Shown piece by piece: positions 24,374-34,869 of a stretch of 64,000 nucleotides of DNA (position 1 is its first letter; each line of letters starts with the position of its first letter). Made by a program: the position numbers and the translations under genes. Location of the stretch: assembly GCF_009914755.1 (NCBI RefSeq), contig NC_060929.1. One strand, given 5' to 3'. This stretch comes from the human T2T-CHM13v2.0 reference genome, Homo sapiens. The notes under the pieces are model-generated. The model was not told where the DNA came from. It made no database searches and saw nothing but the letters and a program-made list of their open reading frames with translations.

Positions 24374-24461
24374 TGAGGCAGGAAAATAGGGTCTGGAGGG
24401 AGAGAACATAAGGACAATTCACGCTTCAGCTGTAACAGGAAATATCCTCTCCATAGGGCGT
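24374..24461 (+). mobile_element. Truncated MER61-like LTR 5' fragment
   Basis: Similar to the start of the 63107 LTR (TGAGGCAGGA...CTTCAGCT.T.ACAGGAAATATCCT); abuts a MIR-like segment. Confidence 0.65.
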
Positions 24462-25079
24462 TAACTTTGGTTTCCTCGTCTATAAAATGGAGAGAACAGT
24501 CATTTCTGCTTTGGAACATGCTTGTTAGGATGAGTAATGTAAATTGCCTCCTGCAGCGTCTGACACGTAGTGGGTGCTTGATAAATCTTTGTTAATAGAT
24601 ATGCCTTTATATTGATTCTTAGCTGTAGGAAGTATTCATTCAAATACATATTCAAATAATCTTTTAGCTATATTCCTGCTTGTATATGGATTCCTCTTGC
24701 CTTCTGTGAACTCCCTTACATCTCCAGGACTTCAATACAGGAATAAGGAGTACTCCAAAGATTTCTTGCACTTTCTGGAATTAAACGCTGTGACTTTAGC
24801 TTCCTTCCTTTGGATTTTAGGAGGCAGAGGCATGTATTGAGGTGGGTGAAGTGGGGTAGGAAGACCATTTCTGGGAAAATGGGCCAGAGTATTGATCTTT
24901 TTCATTATGACCCCTTCGCTTCATTAGAGTAAACATTTATTGAACAAACGCAAAGCTTGGCGCTTGTCACTCATGTTTTATTGGCGTTTTCCTTTTTTTT
25001 AATTTTTTTTAAGCTATCTCCTACAGGAAGGATATTAGCTCTTTCATTCTCTCAAGGGTCAGATGTAATCTTCCAACAT

Positions 25080-25990
25080 CTGACTTTCGCGTCACCCATT
25101 TAGGAAGAGACGCGGTCCCTTTAAGGCCCTGGAAAGGGTCTAAGTGTTGGTTTCTGTGGGGAGGCCACGCCCCATCACGTGACCGCAGCCCCAGCGCGGC
25201 GGGGCCGGCGTCTCCTGGCTGCCGTCACTTCCGGTTCTCTGTCAGTCGCGAGCGAACGACCAAGAGGGTGTTCGACTGCTAGAGCCGAGCGAAGCGTGAG
25301 TGCGCGGGACCCCCTACCCCTACTCCTCGGGGCCCCCACCCTCCCAGCCGGGCCGTGAGCTGCCTTCGGCCCTCCACTCCTCTCGCCGGCAATGGCCGCG
25401 GGAAATGGCGGCTCTGCCTTACCTCCCCCTTCCCCTCGGCGTCCCCGGCCCCCTTCTCCGTTTCTGACTCCACGCCTGACGCGCTGTGGGCCCTTCCGCG
25501 GTAGACTCCTGTCCCCGGGGAGCCGAGTCGAGGCGGCGGGCGCTGCGGCCCGGGGCGGTAGATTGAGGGCGGCCGGGGAGTGAGGAGTCGCGGGGAGAGA
25601 GTCGCGGCGTCCCCGGGACAATGCGGCGGCGGCCTGCCTAGGTGGGGCGCGTGCGGTTACCTACTCTTCCCCCGCCCCTCGCCCTGAGCGGGGCGCTCTG
25701 GAGACTGGGAGAGCGGATGCGGGCGGGAGGGGGCCGGGGGAAGAACGGCTGATGTGCAGGGGGAGGGAACGCTTCGAGAGAAGAAAATGGCGCTTGGTGC
25801 AAATCCCGCCCCTTCCCACGCCGTCTTCTCCGCACTTCGCCGCCTCCCACGCCCCCTCCGACCAACCTGTCTCCCCTCGCCCGAGCGGCTGCTAGCCACG
25901 GGGTTCTAGCGGCTTGCTGGGGCCGCGCGACCCCTTCCCTGGTCTTGTGCTTGTCACCTTCCTGTTATACCGAAGTCGTGTGCCCTTCAG
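25080..25990. promoter_or_regulatory. SUB1: CpG island / SUB1 promoter
   Basis: GC- and CpG-dense block in an otherwise CpG-depleted window. It contains KLF/SP GCCACGCCCC (25164-25173), E-box ATCACGTGAC (25174-25183), ETS ACTTCCGG (25227-25234) and YY1-like AAATGGCG (25403, 25785). No obvious TATA box. Confidence 0.93.
25235..25295 (+). other. SUB1: SUB1 exon 1 (non-coding 5' UTR); start approximate
   Basis: Ends at donor AGC|GTGAGT (GT at 25296-25297). Splicing to exon 2 gives ...GAAGC-G-ATGCCT. The TSS position is only inferred from promoter motifs. Confidence 0.8.
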
Positions 25991-26761
25991 TCCTGGTTCA
26001 TTTTCACCTCGTTTTTTTCTGATCTTTCCCTCAATCAGCAAAGGCTGAAGATTTCGTTTCTCTTTTTAAAGTTGCGTTTTGTATAAATTCTACAATAGTG
26101 GTTTCAGTATCAGTTACTTGAATTACAAGCTGCTTCTCCCCCCACCCCCACATTGGAACAGGCTCATTAAGGTAAATATATATTTGTTAAAAGTTTAGAG
26201 GCTGGTTTTAGTTACCGTTACCTTTCTTCTCCAGTGGACTTCTTTGGGTTGAGTACCAGGTGGTTCTTTGAAAAATTCTTAGGCCCCCAGGCAGTTTTTG
26301 ATAACAGACGGTAGTTATGATCGACAGTTTCAAAGTGAAAAATTATGTTCAATTTAATTACCTTTTTAAAAAATATCTTTTTGTCGTATTAATTAGCATA
26401 AAAAACTGAACTAAATTGATTTTAGAGATGAGGTTGCAAAATGGAGCAGAAACAGGAAAAACGGATAAAACGTGGTCATGAACATTGCTTTTCCCTTCTG
26501 AATTTACCCTTGAAGACATTACCAGTTAAAATCAGATTGAGCTTTTTGAATTTAATGGCTAGGATTGGGGTGGCCCACTTCTTTTTCCTTGACCTCCTAT
26601 TTTGGAACATATGCAATGTCAGTGCTAATGCAAGTTTCATCTAGAGAGCTAGATTATTTATGATTTTTTTTTAAGGAGGAATTTTAAGTCTTTTTTTCTT
26701 GTATTAAACAAATACAGTGTGTGATGTGTTTATTAGGCCCTTTAACGCATACAGAAATTAG

Positions 26762-26891
26762 CTAATTTATGCCTAGTGTTCCATTATTGGAACGCTAAGC
26801 ATGTGGGAGTTATTTATGTGCTACTGCTCAAGATCATCGCCAAGGTCTGCTTGCATAAATTCAAAAAATTGCAACCTCTGGCATAAATGGG
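26762..26891 (+). mobile_element. MER85 piggyBac-derived MITE
   Basis: Left TIR-like CTAATTTATGCCT, right GGCATAAATGGG followed by TTAA (26892-26895); left flank TTAG; internal palindrome GTTCCATTATTGGAAC (26778-26793). Confidence 0.92.
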
Positions 26892-27283
26892 TTAATAGGA
26901 CCTAATCTCTTCTGAGATGGGGAGAGCAAAAGATATTTTGATAATCAGCGTTTTATGACCTGGTGTTATAAGTGCCTTGAATAGAGGTATCCACGTATCT
27001 TGGAATTCCTTGAAATTTGGGGCTTAGGCTTACTGATAGTTTGCTTTCTGCAAACTTGCACTCAGGCACTCAGTAAACACCCACTTGTAAGCAAGGCACT
27101 AAGTTATCTATGTCTCTGGGGGGACCTGGGAAGTTACCAGCATGGTAGGAATTTGCGGGAAGGTTTTGCACCTCCCATAAATAGGTTTTGCACCTCCCAT
27201 AAATAGGTTCTTCAAATTTTAATTATGTTCCAGAGTAGAAAAATCTGTGTAAAATGTAATGAATTGCTGTGAATTGTGTAAGA

Positions 27284-27578
27284 TTTTTTTTTTTTTTTGA
27301 GATGGAGTCTTGCTTTGTTGCCCAGGCCGGAGTGCAATGATGTGACCTTGTGTCACTGCAACCTCTGCCTCCGGTGTTGAAGCGATTCTCCTGCCTCAGT
27401 CTCCCGAATTGCTGGGACTACAGGTGTGCCACCGTGCCCTGTTAATTTTTGTATTTTTAGTGGAGATAGGGTTTCACCATGTTGGCCAGGCTGGTCTCGA
27501 ACTCCTGACCTCAGGTGATCCGCCTGCTTTGGCCTCCTAAAGTTTTGGGATTACAGGTGTGAACCATCGTTCCCGGCC
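27284..27578 (-). mobile_element. AluS in SUB1 intron 1
   Basis: Antisense Alu dimer. Confidence 0.9.
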
Positions 27579-28182
27579 TGAATTGCGTATAATTTTGTGT
27601 ACTCTTGAATTAGTACCTGTCGTTATTTTGGTGATACGGCCAAAAAGTCAAAATATGAATAAAATATTATGTAAAAATTAATTAGATGTCACATTTGCAT
27701 AGTACAGCTAGTTCCCTGTTGTGTAAATGTTGGGGTCAGTTCCCCATAGTGAATAATTTTACGTTAGTTCCAATCTCGTTGATGAGAAGTCTAAAGCAGT
27801 AATAGTAGAATTACATTTCTTCTGGTTTTAATAGTAATTGTTGTCTGCTGCCTTCTTGCAGTTTACCCTACCCATAGTGTGTAATGCCATTAAAACGAAG
27901 TATAGAAAGATCCATTGGCCTGGAGAAAGGTTAGAGGTGTAGGAGTGTATGACATTTAGTTCATTGTTCTTACTGGGTTCAGCACATTGCACCCTGCGTG
28001 TTATTTGCAACTTAAAAGGGTATAGATTAAAACTTGTGCTCAGTGTAACAACTCAGTACCACAAAAATGGTAGAATGAACCGTGGAACTTGTCCTTGATT
28101 TTTTTCTTTGATTGGGGGAGAGCTAAGTTGAAAGTAGTAGAGTACCTTATTAATTATTTTTGTAATGTATTTTTCTTTCAGG

Positions 28183-28254
28183 ATGCCTAAATCAAAGGAA
28201 CTTGTTTCTTCAAGCTCTTCTGGCAGTGATTCTGACAGTGAGGTTGACAAAAAG
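28183..28254 (+). CDS. SUB1: SUB1/PC4 coding exon (exon 2): [24 protein letters not shown]
   Basis: Acceptor ttttctttcAG (28180-28181), ATG at 28183, donor AAG|GTGACT. Encodes the serine/acidic N-terminus of PC4; 72 nt, phase 0. Confidence 0.97.
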
Positions 28255-28349
28255 GTGACTACTGCTGCACCAAGTCATTTTGGTGATACTCAACAATATT
28301 GTCCATATCCCATTCTGAAGGATAGTAAAAGGTGTATTAACATCTTAAA

Positions 28350-29056
<707 letters not shown>

Positions 29057-30255
29057 ATAAAATGTTAATTTTGACAGTTCTCTTAGTTACTGGTGTTTAT
29101 TCTGCACATAAGGTTTTCTGAATTTTAGACTTGGTACATTTTTAAGTTTGTACTAAGTTTGTGCTCTGGTCCCTTCCATTTAATTAAATCAGCACGCAGT
29201 AAAGCTAACTTGAAACCCATTGACAAGATAGGCTTTTTCTGCATTAGATGACAGCTGCACCGTAATTGGTGAATTTCGCTAAATTGAGCATCTCAGTGGA
29301 GCATAACTGAGCGTCTCACTCTGCGGTCAAGTCTTCCGTGCAGAATTGTCTTTTATCGCATAGAACTTTACATATCTGAAGAGATATTTATATCCTAGAA
29401 ATAGAATAAGTTGGTCGTGTTTTTCCTAATTAGTATATATCCTTTGTAAAATAGTAAGTAATGACTAGCACTGGTAGACCTGTGATTTCCGAAAGTTTAT
29501 TCAAAAGAAGCAGGCTCCCTATCTTTTTTTTTTCCTCCTGAAGCTTAGCAATTTTAGCTAAAAGAAAAGGGGAGAGCGTATGGGAGATTGGAGAAGTTGC
29601 AACCTTAAAGTATAAATATAGAATATAACAACACATGGAAGGGTAAAATAAGGCTTCAAAGACTATACTTGAGTAAATTTCTTAATTTTAAAATTTGCAC
29701 CCTATATAGTATTTGAGTATGTTGATGTAACACATGTGTATTGAGCTTTTATTTGCCAGACATGCACTATTCCACAGGGAATACTTAGAGCCTGATTTAT
29801 AGAATAATTGCTTTCTGCATATTGAGCTAACTTTTTGTTTGTCCCAAATAGTAATATTACTCTTGTAAACACTTAACCTTGTATACCACATTTTTCATTT
29901 CATGTTTTACATGTATATAATATTTTTCCTAGCTTCATCTAATTTGGTAACATTCAATTAATTTAGTAACATTAAAATATTTATACTATTCCATCAAGAA
30001 GGAACATGACTGCCCTCTTCTGTTTGGGTTGGGTATTGTAGTGGTTTTTATGGGTTAGCTCTTTTTGAGAATGCGACTTTCTAATAAGCTTTTAAAATAA
30101 TGCTGTTTTTAAAACAACGTTGTGATTTTTGAAAGCTAGTCTAACACATAGCTGTCTACAATGATTTTTTTTTTTTTTGTAATGAGGAAGTTCTTGAGTT
30201 GCTGGCTGTCAGTGCCCAGTGCAAAATAGCTCTCTAAAGATTTGCCTAATTGTAA

Positions 30256-30737
<482 letters not shown>

Positions 30738-31231
30738 CATAAATTCCTTAAGCCAGCATAAATTCCTTTTGGAATAGGCAGGACATAAATAAACATATCC
30801 TGGAAATGGAATAAGTTGGTTATATTCTTTTTAATTAGTATATCTGCTTCGTAAAATAAGTAACTGACTAGCCTTAGTAGACTGTGGTTTCCAGGTTTAT
30901 TCAGAAGTAGCAAGATCCCTCCATTTTTTTTTCTACCAAAGAAATCGTATGTGGGATCCCAAACCACAAAATAACCGTTCCTGTGGTTAATACTACTATA
31001 ATGCCTGAAGTGTCTTTTGGGATCCTGAGAACAGAGTTTGAAAACATTACTAGACAGAAGGATTGGTTAGATTCATAGTTTTGTTGTTGAGTGAAACTTG
31101 CTTATGTATATATTTATGATATTTTGGATGTAGTCTTTTGATTGTTTAAATCTTAAAAAGTAATGGGATCTTTTGACACTGGGGTATGTTTTATTTTTAT
31201 GTGTGCAAATTTTAACCATATTCTTTTCTAG

Positions 31232-31354
31232 TTAAAGAGGAAAAAGCAAGTTGCTCCAGAAAAACCTGTAAAGAAACAAAAGACAGGTGAGACTTCGAGA
31301 GCCCTGTCATCTTCTAAACAGAGCAGCAGCAGCAGAGATGATAACATGTTTCAG
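31232..31354 (+). CDS. SUB1: SUB1/PC4 coding exon 3: [41 protein letters not shown]
   Basis: Acceptor ttcttttctAG, donor CAG|GTAAAG; 123 nt in frame; lysine-rich and second serine-rich region of PC4. Confidence 0.97.
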
Positions 31355-31367
31355 GTAAAGTTGGCTA

Positions 31368-31666
31368 TTTTTTTTTTTTTTTTTTTTGACATGGAGTCAT
31401 GCTCTGTCACCCAGGCTGGAGTGCAGTGGCGCCATCTCGGCTCACTGCAACCTCAGCCTCCTGAGTTCAAGCAGTTCTCTGCCTCAGCCTCCCGAGTAGC
31501 TAGGATTACAGGCATCCGCCACCAGACCTGGCTAATTTTTGTATTTTTAGTAGAGATGGGGTTTCACCATCTTGGCCAGGCTGGTCTTGAACTCCTGACC
31601 TTGTGATCCAACTGCCTCAGCCTCCAAAAGTGCTGGGTTTACAGGTGTGAGCCACCATGCCTTGCC
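31368..31666 (-). mobile_element. AluS immediately downstream of the exon 3 donor
   Basis: Antisense Alu; TSD AAAGTTGGCT(A/G)TTT at 31357-31370 / 31667-31680. Confidence 0.92.
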
Positions 31667-32687
31667 AAAGTTGGCTGTTTCTTTAGATTCAGAGGAATTA
31701 TTATCTGGCTTGATCTGAAGAATGTTAAAAGTACTACGATCTGATAATTGCCTAATATGTATGTTACAATCTTCTTAACTAGGGACATTTATTAAAATAG
31801 AACAAACTAGTAAAAGTATTTTGTACGATGCTGGATTATTGTTAAAGTCTCTAAAGTCTAGTTTTGCTGTATTTAAACCAATGCAAATTTAATTGAGAAC
31901 TGCACATTTTGAAAGCAACTTGGAGGAGGCAGGTCAAGTGTTGGGACAGTAAAGTATGAATAGATTATTATGGGACAGGAAGCAGCAATGTGACATGCCT
32001 AATTTTGGCCTGATGAGCAACAGAAAAGGGGAATGGGTTGAATAGATAAAGTGAAGGAAGTTCATTAGAGGGACTTGATGAAATCACCTAGAGAGGACTC
32101 GTATAGCTTTTTCTCTTGGGTTTCCTGTCTTGTTTTAGGGAGACTTGACACTGGCATCTTTGTACAAGAAGGATTTGTGAGGAAGGGATGTTGGGGAATA
32201 AATGAATGCAGGTGAGATTGCTTAGGTAATTGTAGGCTTTAATCTGTATGTGAGGTGATAAGGGCTTAGATGGTTTTTCCTAAAGAAGAAATTATGCCAA
32301 TTACAAGATACAGGTTAGGAAGAATGGACCAGAGGAATTAGGCAGTCAGTGAAGATGTGGACTTGATTGTGGATGTGATTGAAAAAAAAAATGGTGTTGC
32401 TTCTGTAGCACCTGAAGGGCTTAGTTGGGAAATGTTCATGTGGGATTATCAGCATGGTTGACTAAAGCTGCCTACTGAAGTATTAAACAGAGGAAGAACA
32501 GGAAGCAGATGAGGGGATGTCTTGGGTTATATTCAGATAGAGAATGGAAGGAAAAAGAGGATGTAGGTTAAGAGAGAGGGTGAAGGAAAATTAGAAGAGT
32601 GCAGTAATGGGAGCAAGAAAAGGATGAGTGTTTCCAGGAGCTATAAGTATTAGTTGAAACCAAAAAGTTGTGTGGAACGAGACTACA

Positions 32688-33660
32688 ATTTTTTTTTTGA
32701 GACAGGGTCTCTGCTCTGTCACCCAGGCTGGAGTGCAGTGGTGTGATCTCTGCTCACTGCAACTTCCGCTTCCTGGGCTCAAATGATCCTCCTGCCTCAG
32801 CCTCCTGAGTAACTGGGACTACAGGCAATGCTCCATGACGCCTGGCAAATTTTCTTTGTTGTTGGTAGAAACAGTATTGCCCAGGCTGGTCTTGAACTCC
32901 TGAGCTCAAGTGATGCGCCCACCTTGGCTTCTGAAAGTGCTGGGATTACAGGCGTGAGCCACCGTGACTGGCCAAGACTGTAGACATTTATATGACTAGA
33001 AAGTAAGGCTAACACATGTATATTTTGACCTGTTGATAACTTTGAAAGGTGGAGTGCCAAGATTAAGGTGAGAATGGGAAAATTTAAGTTTTTTTTTTCC
33101 TATTGCTTATTTTTGCCTTGTTATACTTCTAGGTAAAAAAGATAGACAAAGTGCAGATGAACTATTTAGTTCAGAACACACATTTTAGAGATTCTGTTCT
33201 GTTAAGAGGAGTTTTGTGAAAACTAGATCTAATTTTAGGAATTTTCTCACCAGAAAAACGGAGCTTCATTTCTTAAACCCTCATCTGGAAAGATTCCTAA
33301 GCCTCCTAAGGCTGACATTGCACCTTTTGAAAGCCTGCCTCTAGGAGGAACATAGGTCATCTTTTCTTTTTTTTTTTTTTGAGACGGAGTCTCGCTCTGT
33401 CACCAGGCTGGAGTGCAGTAGCACGAATCTCGGCTCACTGCAACCTCCGCCTCCTGGGTTCAAGAGATTCTCCTGCCTCAGTCTCCTGAGTAGCTGGGAC
33501 TACAGGCATGCGCCACCACCCCCAGCCAATTTTTGTATTTTTAGTAGAGACGGGATTTCACCTGGTTGGCCAGGATGGTCTCGATCTCTTGACCTCGCCA
33601 TCTGCCTGCCTTGGCCTCCCAAAGTGCTGGGATTACAGGTGTGAGCCACGGCGCCCAGCC
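32688..33660 (-). mobile_element. Two antisense Alus (32688-32973; 33362-33660)
   Basis: Alu consensus matches. Confidence 0.88.
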
Positions 33661-34261
33661 TAGGCCTTATTTTCAGAGTGGCTTTCACGGATCTAGTAGT
33701 GTAGGCATTATGAAATAATATGATACTTAATTTCATTGCCATTACAGCTTGATGTACATCAAACATCAATACATAAGCAGTTCTCTAAATGTATTAAAGA
33801 GTTGTACCAAAGAAAAATCAATAGACTTATCTTTTAAAGTCTGAAGTGATTGGGGCAGAATCGTGACTAGAGAGAAGATACTAGAGATGCTTACTTCCTG
33901 GTTCCTTCAGCTCTGATTTTGAAGAACTTTCTTCCATAGGGATGTAGTCTACCTGAGGTGACATCTGTGATAGTAAAGAGACTGGAGAATTATCTCATAA
34001 TTATTTAGTACCTGTGTCTTGAAAGGTCAGAATAGTTGAGGCAGGAAACTTTAATCCATATTTTTCTTCAGAGTTAGGCACAAAGGGTCAGTAATACTGC
34101 TTTAGTTTATTTGATGATTTAAGGATACTTGATACTTTTAAATTATTTAATTTAAAATGATTATAACTGGTCATTTTAATCTGGGGCAGGAGTCCATAGA
34201 ATTGTTTTTTAATTTGAGTTTTCTTTTTTGTGTTTGAAGGAATTATTCATAACCTTTATCA

Positions 34262-34555
34262 CAGGGGTCCCTCCTGCACAGGAGGTGAGCGGTGTGTGAG
34301 TGAACATTGCAGCCCGAGCTCTGCCTCCTGTCAGATCAGCAGCGGCATTAGATTCTCATAGGAGCGCGAACCCTATTGTGAACTGCGCATGCAAGGGATC
34401 TAGGTTGTGCGTTCCTTATTCCTTATGAGAATCTAATGCCTGATGGTGGGATAATTTTTATCCTGAAACGATCACCTTTCCCCTTCCCTACCTGCTGTGG
34501 AAAAATTGTCTTCCGTGAGACTGGTCCCTGGTGCCAAAAAGGTTAGGAACCACTG
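34262..34555 (+). mobile_element. MER1B (hAT-Charlie) DNA transposon
   Basis: CAGGGGTCC...GGAACCACTG termini, MER1-type internal sequence, perfect 8-bp TSD CTTTATCA (34254-34261 / 34556-34563). Confidence 0.85.
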
Positions 34556-34869
34556 CTTTATCAGATCTTCAGAGGGGACAGGGAATCAAATTCGTATAAG
34601 AATCACAGTTCTTTATGATGTATATGCTATTTTTTGCTGCTAATCTCCAGATTTTGTGGATATAAAATATATTGTCATCTGATTTTATTTTTTTCCAATA
34701 AAATGTGATTTCAGTGATCTTTATTTTTTCTATCTTTAAGTAATATATCCCTATACTACTATCTCATCACTTGTTTAATTTTTGCTAATAAGAATTTGTC
34801 AGTTTTACTCTTTTTTTCCCCCCAAGGGAGAGGCAGCTGTTGGGCAGATTCCTTTTTTTTTAAAAAAAA

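Noticed and set aside
25175-25899. Arg/Gly/Pro-rich ORFs on both strands
   Set aside because: Stop-poor CpG-island sequence; no recognisable protein.
29255-29345. Three-way junction as a hammerhead ribozyme
   Set aside because: The conserved CUGANGA/GAAA core is absent.
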